Both the position numbers and the translations under genes were made by a program. Shown one piece after another: positions 1-12,930 of a stretch of 64,000 nt of DNA. Within the stretch, counting starts at the first letter, position 1. Each line of letters opens with the position of its first letter. Source of the stretch: Eledone cirrhosa (taxonomy: Eukaryota); contig OZ024741.1 in NCBI GenBank assembly GCA_964016885.1, positions 37,696,001 through 37,760,000 of the forward strand, in the 5' to 3' direction. Below the pieces are notes generated by a model. The model saw only the letters and a program-made list of their open reading frames with translations, had not been told where the DNA came from and did not search any database.

Positions 1-295
1 AGCATGGTCAGCTACTCAAACGTTTTTTTTTACTGAATAATTGCTGATATTAATGTTCAGTTAAAATCATTTATAAATTGATATATCTGATGTCTTGGTT
101 TTCATTTGTATTATGTTTTTTTGTTAATATTTACATGTTTTAGTGTCTTTCTTTATTTACTAAGTACTATTTCATATACAAATACACAATTTCCATATTT
201 CTGATGAAAAAAACTGCCTATAATTTTCAAATAATTTTGAAAATAATCAAGAATTTAGAGAGATTTAGTAATATAACTTTGCCATTATTATATTG

Positions 296-480
296 GGGTG
301 AATTGGCAGTATTGGTAGAGGGTTGGATGCCATTCTTTCTAGCATAGTTACGTCCCAGTACAGTCTGAGTTCAAATCCCGTCGAGGTTAACTTTGCCTTT
401 CATCCTTATGGGGTCGATAAAATAAAGTGCCAGTAATGTACTGGGTAATTGCTGGCCTTGTGCCAAAAGTAGAAATAATT
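296..480 (+). mobile_element. tRNA-derived SINE (representative; other copies near 7085-7222, 11028-11180, 15078-15262, 25280-25700 (two in tandem), 27800-28015, 43230-43445, 61975-62115)
   Basis: A-box-like TGGCAGTATTGGT, B-box GAGTTCAAATCCC, conserved body GCCTTTCATCCTT..GGGGTCGATAAAATAAAGTACCAG and tail GGCCTTGTGCCAAAAGTAGAAA, repeated many times in the window. Confidence 0.85.
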
Positions 481-1004
481 ATTTTATTTGTGCTTGGAGT
501 ATAACTCAAAGCTTCTTATATAAAATTATGGTGGAATGTTTTAAGATAAATATAAACACTTTACATTAAGCAGTTTTGTATTATAGAACCAGGAGTGGTT
601 TAGTATCAAAAGAGTTAAGCAATGTTTGTATATGTGTAGTAAACAATTTATATTTTACACTAATTGAATCAATTAAGAATGTTCTTTGTTTTTTTTGTTT
701 CAGGTGTGGAATGAAGTTGTTACTACTACCTGGGGAAACCAATACCCTGATGAAGCTCGTCTCAGAACTGAATATTGCTTATTTTTCAAATCTGCTAACA
801 CACCTGGAATATTATTATTATTATTATAGTAATGACATTTTTCTACTTTCTCCATAATGTTCATTTGTCTCCGCTTGTTTGTGTGGAATCTCCGTTTTGT
901 TGATTCCTCTCCTTATTACTTGAATCACTGCCACAGGTGTGAGCAGTGTGTCAACTTAGTTCATTAGCTGTCACACACACAGCAGTTGGAGAGTATTGCT
1001 AGAA

Positions 1005-1632
1005 ATGCAAATTAAGCAGGAAGTTTTAGATTCTAATTATGAAGAGCAGAGTCAGCCAACCAATAACTCAGAGTTTAAAAGAACCACTACAAGTGCCAAC
1101 TCATCTGCTGATGCTAGTATTACAGACATTGACAATGGTGCCAATGCAGAGGATGATGCTAATAATGCATCGAGGTCTCCTCAGCAGACCCCAACTCAAA
1201 CTCCAAAAGAAGAAATTAATTCTCCGTCAGACAAAGAACATCTGCGCGAGGTCAACAAGACTGAACCGCCCGATGAACGGATTGGCTTTGAAAGCAGTGA
1301 CGGCATTTTGGCACCCTCAAAAACTGAAGCACAGATGACACTTGCTCTTTCACCATCAAGGAATGCTTTGAGAATGTTGACTCCTCAAATGATTCAAGGA
1401 CAAATTTTGAACCAGCCTGGACTACTCAGTGCTCTGGACCTCTCTAACAAATTGGTTTTGACTGAGAATGGGAAAGAGCTTGCTGGTTATAAAGATCGGC
1501 ACCGAACTAATGCTGACATGCAGGCTGAACTAACCTCTGATGACAGTATGGATTTTGAAGATAATTTGTTCATGGATCAAGAAATTGAGGATTTGATGAG
1601 ACGCAAAGCAGATGGTCGAATACGGCATTCAG
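1005..1632 (+). CDS. Paxbeta: Pax-beta coding exon 1 (acidic, low-complexity N-terminus, MQIKQE...RKADGRIRHS-G)
   Basis: First ATG at 1005 follows an in-frame TAG at 957-959. The long open frame ends at a strong donor CAG|GTAAGC after 1632 (phase 1), matching the phase-1 acceptors at 28303 and 35699. Candidate upstream acceptors lie at 703 and 936, so the first exon is probably outside the window. Confidence 0.8.
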
Positions 1633-1840
1633 GTAAGCAACATTCCATTCTTCAAAACTAATTAAAAATCAGAATTATTATTATCATTAATGTCCATATT
1701 GCAGACGAGTCTTTTGTCACTTTTACAATCCCAGGAAGTGCTTTGGGATATTTTTATTAGCTCAATTTTTTAGCACCTTCCTTAAGATCCTACTATTCCT
1801 AATACTGTAGCTTTCTGTAATAGCTCTGTTTGAATGTTGA

Positions 1841-1883
<43 letters not shown>

Positions 1884-4029
1884 GGGATTTATTAGTTGCC
1901 CTTTTTACTGGTTTGATTTTGTAATTTTATGTTTCATCTTATTGCAAAATTGGCCATTGGGGACTGATTAGTTCCTTTGATTTTTATTGTATTAGAGCCA
2001 TATTCCTGAAGGGTCAGAGAAAATACCTAAAAAATAAAAAAAATATAAACGGCTTTGATTTTGGTAGCTGGCAAAAAGAAGAGAGTAAGGTGGGTGGGTG
2101 GGTTGAAGATATAAACTGCAAAGAATGGCAGGTTTTCAGCAACATAATAACCTTTGCTGTTGGCGACTCTGTTGAAGAAAAGGAGCAACAGTGACAAACA
2201 CAATAATAACTGCTTTGCAGCACCAATAACAGCAACACTGATGGTGAGAGAAGATTAACAACAACAACAACAACAGTAAGCAAAGCAGCAGATTAACAAC
2301 AATACCACCACCACTATTATAGGCTTACAGCAGATAATCAAAATCAGGACCAGAATACTGGAATGGTGAAATATAGTCAAACCTTGTTTGGACTGGAATA
2401 GTGGGATGGTGGTGGCACTAGGGGTGTATAGTCAAACATTTTTGGTACTGGAATGCTGCAATGGTGGGATATAATCAAACTCTGTCAGTACTGGAATGCT
2501 GATATAGTCAAATTTGATTGGAATCAGAATACCATGATGGTGCAATATAGTGAAACATTGTTGCGACTGGGATACTGTATTGTCATGTTCAAAGTGTGTA
2601 GACATTTGTATGTATAGTCTCGTATCTCCTGAGGTAGTTGTTGGGGTGCTGTATAGTGTTTCTAGGGATTTTTTTTTTTAAACTTGGCAGAGACCTTCTC
2701 TCCAGGTCTGAATACAGCAGATTTCTTCCAGAGGAGGATAGAGTGAGAGAATGAAAATGAGAAAGAGATATAGAGGAAGAATCAACCCCAGTACTAGACT
2801 GGTACTTTTTTTTATCAATCTCGAATGGCTGAAAGACAAAGTTGACCATTGCATTTAATAATGTTTAATCTTATGATTTTGTTACGCAGTTACCGTTGTG
2901 TTCAGTTGTCAACTATTTCATGAATAAGAGATTTTATATTTACACATTACAAAACTTATTGTGAGTGACATGGAATGAATCTCTATCAGTTTCAAGCAGT
3001 GTTTCAGTTATTTCATCAATGAAATAGCCTGCTTGTGAAAATAACATGACACAGTGTGGGATAAGGTTGATTCATTGAATTACTGATACACTCAATCTTG
3101 AAATATTCCAAACGTTTTCCACTCACAAGGTTGATGGATCCAAATATTTTCCATATATGGAAATTTTACTCACAAAGCTTGAGTTGATGGATCCAAATAT
3201 TTTCCATATATGGAAATTTTACTCACAAGGTTTCATATATGGCAATTTCACTGACATCGCTTGGGTGATGGATCTGAGGCTATATTAAAAAACTCATGCC
3301 CAAGATGCCACATAGTGGGATTGAATCCAGAATCTTATGATAGCAAACCAAACTTCTGAATCATTCGGCCATGTTTTGTCCACAGTGACATGGCACAGGC
3401 AGAACTAAGATTATTGTTATTTGTAATTGGTGCTGAAGTCATGTGTGGCTTAGAACAATGGTAGCATAGTTATGACTGAAGGTTATAGATGATGTCAGTT
3501 GTACATACCGTACTTACATACACACTCTCTCTCACACACACACACACACACACATATATATACATACATATGTATACATATATACATATGTACATATATA
3601 CATACATACACACACATATACATACATATGTATACATAATATATAGTGTTGTAGAACGAAACAAATAAGTCAAAGTTTAGCAGTTAATTAATCCATTGTT
3701 CTATGGTTGTTTCAGATGGTAAAAAAGACAAACATTTTATCAATGTATTGACTAATCGATAGCAGTTATATAACTTCATGTTCTATTGTTATCTATCAGA
3801 TAGACTAGTAGACTCAGACTTGGGTTCATACAAACCAAAAGGGTTCACTAAATTAGTTTTGTGGTTTATGAAAAAAAAAGGGTCCTACAGGGTTTGTCAG
3901 TAAAGTTGCTCTTCATATTTTAAGGCTTCTACTTTAATATGGCCTTCTTTTTGAAATGGTTATAGTCTTTCTTCATAAAGAAAATGTTTGAATATGTTCA
4001 TATATGTTTTTTTCTATTATCAAATTTAA

Positions 4030-4566
4030 CCCTTTAGCATTTACATTACTCTATATCATCATCATTTTACGTCCGCTTTTCCCTGCTTGCAAGGGTGGGA
4101 CGGGAACTGATTCTGGCTTGATTTTTACAGCTGGATGCCCTTCCTAACACCAACCTCATTTACAGTGAGTGCTGGGTGCTTTTTTTTCCGTGGCACCTCC
4201 ACGACCACTTTGCAATGGAATGATAGAGACCCCACTCCCTATCATCTCATTTCTACAGCTGAGTAAACTGGAGCAATGTGAAATAAAGTGTCTTGCTCAA
4301 GGAAACAACACATCACCCGGTCTGAGAATTGAACACACAACCTTTTGATTGCAAGGCCAATGCTCTAACCAATAAGCCATGTGCCTCCATATATACTATT
4401 GTATTTTGCAGTAAAGGCTTTACCGCACATAATTATCTCACATATCAAAATCTATGAGATTTTTATATTATTTATTTGGAGAACAATACCTTCTGGTTGG
4501 GGCTTGTTTGAACAGAAAGAGGTGAAATAATTCTGGCGGGATATAGCCAGTTTAAATGCTAAAGGG
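4030..4566 (+). mobile_element. piggyBac-type MITE family A with nested SINE-like insertion (about 4056-4390)
   Basis: TTAA|CCCTTTAGCATTTA...TAAATGCTAAAGGG|TTAA terminal inverted repeats with a TTAA target duplication. Confidence 0.85.
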
Positions 4567-5421
4567 TTAAGACAGCTTTACAAGTCTCTCAGTAATATTT
4601 AGGGTTAGTAAGTTTAATGGTACTTTATAAGTATTTCAGTAATATTTAGGGCTCATATTATGAAAGAAAGATTGAAGACTAAAATAATTATTTGCAACCA
4701 GAGAGCGGGATATGTGGCAAATTGGTAAATTTGTTAGAATGTCGGACAGTATGCTATGTGGCTGTTATTCCAGCTCTCTGCGCTCAGAGTTGAAATTCTG
4801 CCAAGGTGAACTTTGGCTTTCATTCTCTGGGGTCGATTCTTCCTCTGTACCTCTTTCTTATTTCCCTTCCTTCTCTACCTCCATCTTTCTCTCGGAGAAA
4901 TTGGCTGTGTTCAGACATAGATAGGGAATGGTTCTGCCAGGTTTAAAAAATGCCATGCCCCTATGACTCCATCAAGAGTTTCATATCCACACACACACAC
5001 ACACACACACACATAAAACAATTTGGAGTTGAGATCTTCTGTGGCGTGTGAGTGTGAGAGATGACTGTTGGTTGGGGTTATACACAATATAGTATTAAAA
5101 ATAAAAATGTTGAAGTTTGTCATGAGCCTAGAGAATTATCAGGCCAGAGCTAATCCAGATTTCATGTGTTGTTGAGCAACAGAGTAGAAGTCCTTTTGGA
5201 TGGGGTACTCATTCATCACAAAGTTAAGACCGGCTGTTGCTATTATTCAGCTGAGTGAACTGGAGCAATCTGAAATGAAATGCTTTGCTCAAGGACACAA
5301 CATGCCACCACGTCTTGGGAATTGAACTCAAAACTTTAGGATTGGGAGCCCCCACACCTTAACCACTAGTTCATGAGCTATTATATAGAATATAGTGAAG
5401 ATGCATAATGTAAACCCAAAT

Positions 5422-5580
5422 ATAGGTGCAAGCATGACTGGTTGTATGTTTGAGGAGTTTGCGTTGCATTGTTTGGGGTTCAATCCCACTGCTTAGCACT
5501 TTGGGCCAGTGTCTTCTACTACAGTCTTGGGTTGACCAATGCCTTGTGAAATTTGGTAGACAGAAACTCTGCAAAGACAT
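5422..5580 (+). mobile_element. tRNA-derived SINE with CORE-like body (second family; copies near 3240-3375, 9020-9150, 13020-13125, 20660-20815, 37900-38025)
   Basis: GGTTCAATCCC B-box followed by CTTTGGGCCAGTGTCTTCTACT...GAAATTTGGTAGACAGAAAC; similar to the MIR/CORE motif. Confidence 0.65.
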
Positions 5581-6502
5581 GGTTATGTGTGTGCTTCGTA
5601 ATTTAACAGTATGATAAAAAACTCAAAATAAATACCATACTTGAAAAAATAAGTACTGATGTCCATATGATTGACTAAACCTTTCATGGTACTCAGCGTG
5701 ACTGCAGTCTAATGACTGAAGCCAGTAAAAGAATAGAAAAATATAACAATACATCATTATATATATATATATAAAATATAATATACACCATTTTTTTAAT
5801 TATATTTCATTAATGACGTCTAGCAATTTCAAGTTTTTATATACTTAATGCTGGATTCTTCATATAAATATGTCAGGGGCAGGTATTTTGATGCTATAGT
5901 CTATAATGTATTGTTCTCTGTGACTAACCATGAAGAGTAATTCATTTTTGAATAATTATTCCATTTAACCACTCTGTGTTTGTTATTTAAAAAAAGAATT
6001 TGGTTTTTTTCCTCCATTTGTAATTTTATTTGTTTTTGTTTTTTTCATCTCCAAATCTCCATATCCTCCCATTAAAGTGAAGAATTAGCAGAGGCTTTAG
6101 AATTCTTCATGGCATTCATTCTGGCTCTCTGCTTTCTAAGTTTAAATCCTGATGAGGTCATATTTGTTTTTCGTCCTTTCAGAGTTGAGAAATAAAGTAC
6201 CAGTCTAGTGCTGGGGTCAATTCTTCCTCAATATCTTTTTTTTACTTTCTCTCTTTTGCTATCTCCCTCTGTAGTTCAACTCAACTGTACTGTGGCCAAT
6301 CAATTTTTTCTTCTATATATTTTTCTCACTTTCTCTCTCTCACTCTCTCCCAGTTCTTTCTTGTGAAGAAATCAGGTGTGTTCTTACCTGGAAAGGGATG
6401 GGCTCAACCAAGTTTAAATGCCCAAATATGTCATGATGCCACTATATGGCTACATTAGGAATTAAAGTTCCATAGATGGATCAATGACAGTCCCTTTTTT
6501 TC

Positions 6503-6740
6503 ATCATCATCATCGTTTAATGTCTATCTTCCACGCTAGCATGGGTTAGACAGGTTTGTCCCATTTGAGGCAAGTTGGGTCGGGTGACCATGTCTCACTC
6601 ATATAAGACTGTTTCTGGCTGGTTTTCTATGGCTGGATGCCCTTCCTAACACCAACCACATTTACAGTGTGGACTGGGAACTTTTAGCTGTCTCTTACAT
6701 GACCACTTACAATGTGGGCTGGATGTTTTGTGGTACCAAC
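6503..6740 (-). mobile_element. Short element ending in an RTE-type tail and (GAT)n (copies near 4056-4215, 8090-8540, 13375-13600, 14000-14345, 30708-31085, 48455-48620)
   Basis: Shared body GTTGGTGTTAGGAAGGGCATCCAGCCATAGAAAACC and tail ACCCATGCTAGCGTGGAAGATAGACATTAAACGATGATG, similar to the RTE 3' end at 55560-55620. Confidence 0.75.
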
Positions 6741-6829
6741 GTAATGGAGTAAGGGTGGTGTATATCTAGTAAATAGATAGTTTTGTCTTTTTATCTCCCA
6801 TCTCTGGTGTAGTTCATTAAAAATAAGGG

Positions 6830-7037
6830 ACCCTTTGTTACCATATTTCTAATGAGAGACACTGTCTATGATTTTTGATAATTTTGGAAATAATTAAGAA
6901 TTTAAAGGGGTTTAGTAATATAACTTTCTCATTTTTAAGTTGGTGTTTAGGACAAATTCTAACAGAATTATGAATTATTTAGAATAAACAGTTTTGTAGT
7001 TGCTGAACCAGAGATGGTTTCTTATTAAAAGGGTTAA
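6830..7037 (+). mobile_element. piggyBac-type MITE family B (representative; many decayed copies, e.g. near 170-615, 7750-7950, 26590-26800, 28885-29250, 29893-30080, 33190-33700, 36145-36400, 36626-36860, 52020-53270, 62680-62940)
   Basis: Recurrent ~220-bp unit CCCTTT(C/G)(A/G)TTACCATATTTCTAATGAAAGACACTG...TATCAAAAGGG|TTAA. Confidence 0.7.
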
Positions 7038-9476
7038 TAGATCTGTGCCACCTGTTTGGCTGCTTTTGTTTAATATCTAAGAAATAATTGTTTCTACTAT
7101 TGGCACAAGGCCAGTACATTACTGGTACTTTATTTTATCGACCCCATAAAGATGAAAGGCAAAGTTAACCTCGGCGGGATTTGAACTCAGAATGGCAAGG
7201 GCCGTAACTCTATGCGTCAAAGCATAATATCTAAGAAATAATATCTTCCATTTCTAATGGTATAGTTCATTAGAAACAAATAATGAAGCTACTACTACTT
7301 CAGCTAGTCTCTTCCAACTTTATTCTCTCACTAATGATCTATTTGTTTGGAGAGTTCCTCCTATATTTACTCATCACTACACCATTGTCTACTAGCTTTA
7401 ACACCAACTAATCAGTGAACCAACCAACAAACACTATTACTTTCCATACCATAGCTGTTGTTGTTGCTTCTACTACTACTACCATCACCACCACCAATAG
7501 CAGTTGTAGTAACACACCAGTACAACCATACAACACTATAACTAGGGAAAAACAAAACAAAAGGGGAACCTGATCTGCATACCAAGTCTTAGTCTGGTGA
7601 GGACTCACATATATAACAGTGAGTTGAAAAACTTCAATTAACTGAAATTATCCATCATTTAGTAGGAAAAATCTCCCTCTATGGGTGTTTAAAATCTGAA
7701 AACAACAAGCATTTTAGATTTTACTCTTCTGTTAGTATATTTTCAATAAAATAACACTTCAACTAATTTTGAAAATAATCAAAAATTTAGGGGTATTTAG
7801 TAATATAACTAACTTTCTCAGTATTAAGCAGGTGTTTGGATCATAACTTAAATGTTATTATATGAAATTCTGATGAAAGGATTTTAGACCCAATAAAACA
7901 TATTTGTATCATAGATCCTGTGTTTTTTTAGGAAGTTAGTATCAAAAATGTTAAAGGCTATACAGTAAGAAGAACTATAGCTAACCTACCACCATTACCA
8001 TTGCTATCAACATACTCACTAACACCAATGTCACCACCTAGTATTTATATTTATCTAAACACCTTCCATTATAATTTTATGGTTCACCATGTAAAGTGGT
8101 AGTGCTGATGCCATGATATAATGCTCACACCACTTTACAGTTCACTGTGTAAAGGTTATAGTGCTTGTTCCACTATACAATGCACCCAGTTCACCCTGTA
8201 AAGTGCTAGTGCCACAATAAAATATACCCAGTATACTCTGTAAAGTGATAGTGCTAGTGCCACAATAAAATACACCCAGTACACTCTGTAAAGAAGTGCT
8301 AGTGCCACAATAAAATACATCCAGTATGCTCTGTAAAGAAGAGCTGGTGCCACAATAAAATGCATTTAGTACCCTTTGTAAAGTGGTTGAGATTAGGAAG
8401 AACATACAGCTGTAGAAATCATGCCAAAATGGAATGCATGAGAGAGCCAAGCTTCTCCAACCCATCCAATTTCAAGCCACGACAACCTGTCAAACCCATG
8501 CCAGGATGGAAAGCAAACCAGACATGATGATGATAGTCATGATAATGACTCCGCCAGTTGGTCACTCATCACCATTATATTCAACAGCATCACTATCACC
8601 AACATCTACACATTATCAGTTTTCCACTACTCTGTAATTCTTTTACTTGTTTCAGTCATTAGACTGCGGCCATGCTGGGGGCACTGTTTTGAAGGGTCTT
8701 AGTGAATCATAACAACCACTGTGGTATTTATTTTATCAATGTCCGTTTGTCAAATCTGGCCCTATCAATGTCCGTTTGTCAAATCCGTTTGTCAAATCCA
8801 GCGTGGAAAGTGTCAAATGAGGATAGTTAGATTTTTTTAAATTTAATTCTTGCATGTATAACTTTTGAATTCCAGTCATTTGTGCCAATCCAACTTTGAT
8901 ATGTGAAATTCTGGGTTTGCTGTGTATTCTAATTTTTTGTCTATGAGGGGTCCGTCCACCAAGGTCTAAATCCGGCCCTGTTGATAAGCCTTTGAGTTCC
9001 AGACAGACTTGAGACTTAGCACTGGTTAACCCAAGGCTATAATTATGTAGTAGAAGGCATTTTTACCCAAGGTGTCACAAAATGTAACTGAATCTCAAAC
9101 CACATGATTACAAAGTGAACTCTTTAACCATGCAACTATGTCAGCATCTATGTAGCTTTTTAATTTTTTTTTCCCCACTAGCCTTTCTTCCTATTTTATA
9201 TTTTTAAAGGCTTAATTGGTCTATTGTTACGTATACTACTTCTTCTATTTCCATTTAATCTCCTCTCTATCATCGTTCTTCTGCTTCACCCATTGTTTTG
9301 TCTTTAAAGTGGGTAACAAAGTTTATGCTAACTTATTTCAGTTCTACTACACATTTTGCTAGAAATCCTTTTTTATCTTGATTTTATTTGTCTTGTGTGT
9401 GTTTGTTGTCCATCTTGTTTTATATTTAAATAAACTACCAACAAATTTTTTAAATTCAGATTTTCTGTCTTTCTCT

Positions 9477-9538
<62 letters not shown>

Positions 9539-12514
9539 CAAGAAAGAAGAGTGACATGGTTCGCTATACAATAAGGGCTTTATTCACATTGCTGACAATT
9601 ATTTCTTTGATCTGGTAGGTCTAGAGTTCGCTATCCGCCTAAGTGAACTGTCTATAACAATAGCCTGTTATCCCATATATATATATATATTTATTCACAC
9701 ACGCACATGCATAAAAATATATATATGTGTGTGTGAATGTATGTATATATATATATGTGTGTGTGTGTGTGAATGTGTATATATATATATGTACATATAT
9801 ATGTACACATACACACACATATAAATATATACATACACACACACACATATAAATATATGTATATACACACATACATATATATGTATTCCCTTCCCATCAC
9901 TGACAATAATATCCTTTATTGATGTTGATTTGTCTTATATATTTATCTATCTATTAAATTATTTATCTGTCTATCTATTTGTATATTTTTATTTTATGTG
10001 TGCCTAATAGTGTGGAATAATTGAGTGTATTGTGGAGGTTTATCCAGCTATTGTTATCACCAATATACATAGTCATACAGATAGTTGTAGGCCTGGCCAA
10101 TAGATGGAGATGGGAAATATAGAGAAGACTGCATTGAAACTCTCACTCTCTCTCTCTTTTGTCTATCTCCCTCTATATATATCTTTTGTATATCTCTCTC
10201 TCTCTCTCTCTTGTATACACATCACGCACTCTCAAGCATTTATATACTTGTATACATACACACACACTCAAACATTCATATACTTGTATACATATACACA
10301 CTCTCAAATATTCATATACTTGCATACATATACACACTCTCAAATATTCACATGCATGCACACACACATACACACAGACACCTATACACACTCAAAAATT
10401 CATATAGATGTAGGAGCACACAAACATGCACGCATCAGACATGCACCCATGCTCATACACACACACACACCCTCAAATATTCATCCACAAATTCACGACA
10501 ACGAATGTCCTCAAATACACATACACACACATGTAATCTTTCATATTCAGCCACAAATATACGGCTGTCAACACACACAGCCCACACACATTAAATACAT
10601 TACTATGGACACCAACGCATACAAGCAGGTGTACATATAAACACCTCCACACACATTGACAGATTTACTCAGAAATATGCTACTGTGAACATAAACATTA
10701 ATCCACAAATGCACTACTATGAGCCCACATCCACACACACATGCAGATACATTCACTCATAAATATATTACTATGAACACATATACACATGTCCATGATA
10801 CGTCCCTACACACACAAACATACATATGTACTTTTTATACTCTACATCATTCAAATATATTGCCTATATCACACACACATATGTCTGTCATTATAAATAT
10901 TTAATGAAAGTGTTAATGAGAAAGTTAGTTATATTACTAAATCCCTTCAAATTCTTGATTATTTTCAAAACTATTTGAAAAGCATGGGCAATGTCTTTCA
11001 TTAGAACTAAGGCAATGAAAGGGTTAATAATTGTTTCTACTTTTGGCACAAGGCCAGCAATTACCCAGTGCATTACTGGTACTTTATTTTATTGACCTCG
11101 GTGGGATTTGAACTCAGAATGGCAAGGGCCGTAACTCTATGCGTCAAGACATGGCGTCCGACCCCCTACCGATACTGCCATAATGAGAAAGTTTGTATTA
11201 CTAAATCCTTCCAAATTGTTGATTATTTTCAAAATTATATGAAAATTAAGGCAGTGTCTTTATTAGAAATATAGTAATATAAACGTTAATAAGTTAGTTT
11301 ATCTTACTAAACTTTCGCAAGTTTTTGAATATTTTCAAAATTATTTCAAAGCCATAGGCAGTATTTTTCCATAGAAATATAATGGTGAAAGAGTTAAGGA
11401 ACCACTAGATACTGTATGGTAGTAATCTGAAAGGACATAGATTGGGTACATCATTTTTCTTGTGTACAGTATCATTTGATAATGTTGCTATTGTTTTCTG
11501 TTCATTGTTTCCCAGTCACAAAAGGGGCCATTAATTTATTGGTCCTACAACACATCTATAATAGGTTTTTAGGTTACATCATCATCATTTAACATCCACT
11601 TTTCCACACTGGCATGGGTTACAAGAAGTTTCTATTTTCAGTGTTTTTCTTGTTTCTTACATTCTGAGTTTTAATCACACTGAACTCAAATCTGCTTTTC
11701 CTCTTTCCAGTATTAATAAAATAAAATACCAGTACTAGGGGTTGATGTAAATGGTTTATTCCTTCTCCAAATTGCTACCCTTGTGCCTAGATTAGAAACC
11801 ATTACCATCATATCACCATTTTTATGTTTTCTATACTAGAATAAGTCCTCACCTCTACAGAACCCCCTGTTAACTTTTTGCAAGGTTCAGTTACCTAAGA
11901 TCAACCATCATATCCTTTTTTAATTATTTCTTATATATATTTTTTATTCCTTTACATTTTTTTTTACTCAAAAGTGGGAGGGGTGGCAGTGCCTGTGCTG
12001 CTTTTCATGGCCTATGAAACTAGTGGGAGGGAGTGAGGTATACCCTCTTATCTATAGTACACAACTGTTAAATGAAATAATGATAAAGCTAAAATTATGA
12101 CACAACAAGCTCTATATATTTCTAGGACAATGATTAAAGCTATACAAAAACTAGTGTTTATATTCTTAGCTCCAACTGTAGATCTACTTTCTAGTCACCA
12201 TTCTCTCTCACCTTCCCAGCTAGAGGAAGAATGTCATTGGACATATCTAAACAAACATTACACTACAGAGCTGTTGTTCTCATTACAAGTGTCTTTTTAT
12301 TGATATGCTGTATATTGAGTATCTAAAGACATAATACACCCTGCACTCCCCCCTCCACACACATATATATGCCTCACTACCACCAATGTCAGGAAATATG
12401 ATCAATGATGAAGGTGATCAATCCTTCATCAATTTTGATGATGAACATTCAGTCAGTCAGTAAACTGAACAACCAACTTATGAATTGTGTTAGATATTGA
12501 ACATTCCACAGACA

Positions 12515-12719
12515 TGTGTACCCTTTATGTGGTGTACCCTTTATTTGGTGTACCCTTTATTTGGTGTACCCTTTATGTGGTGTACCCTTAATGTAGTGTG
12601 CCCTTAATGTAGTGTATCCTTAATGTAGTGTACCCTTAATGTAGTATACCCTTTATGTGGCATACCCTTAATGTAGTGAATCCTTAATGTAGTGTACCCT
12701 TTATGTGGTGTACCCTTAA
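12515..12719. repeat. 16-bp minisatellite, about 13 copies
   Basis: Unit GTGTACCCTT(T/A)ATGT(G/A). Confidence 0.9.
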
Positions 12720-12930
12720 CTCATTACCATTTACATTACTCTATATTTACTATTGTATTTTTGTGGTAAAGGTTTTACCTTACATAATTATCTCGCATAA
12801 TATCGAATCTATGAGATTTTGATATTATTTATTTTGAGAACAATACCTTAACATAAGTATGAGCAGCCAGTTATCGCTGGTTTGAACAGAAAGAGGTGAG
12901 AGAATTCTGGCCAGTTTAAATGCTAAAGGG
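12720..12930 (+). mobile_element. piggyBac-type MITE family A
   Basis: Same internal sequence as the 4030 copy; right end AAATGCTAAAGGG|TTAA, left end degenerate. Confidence 0.8.

Noticed and set aside
296-390. tRNA gene
   Set aside because: A/B boxes are present but there is no cloverleaf, and the sequence continues into a repeated SINE body.
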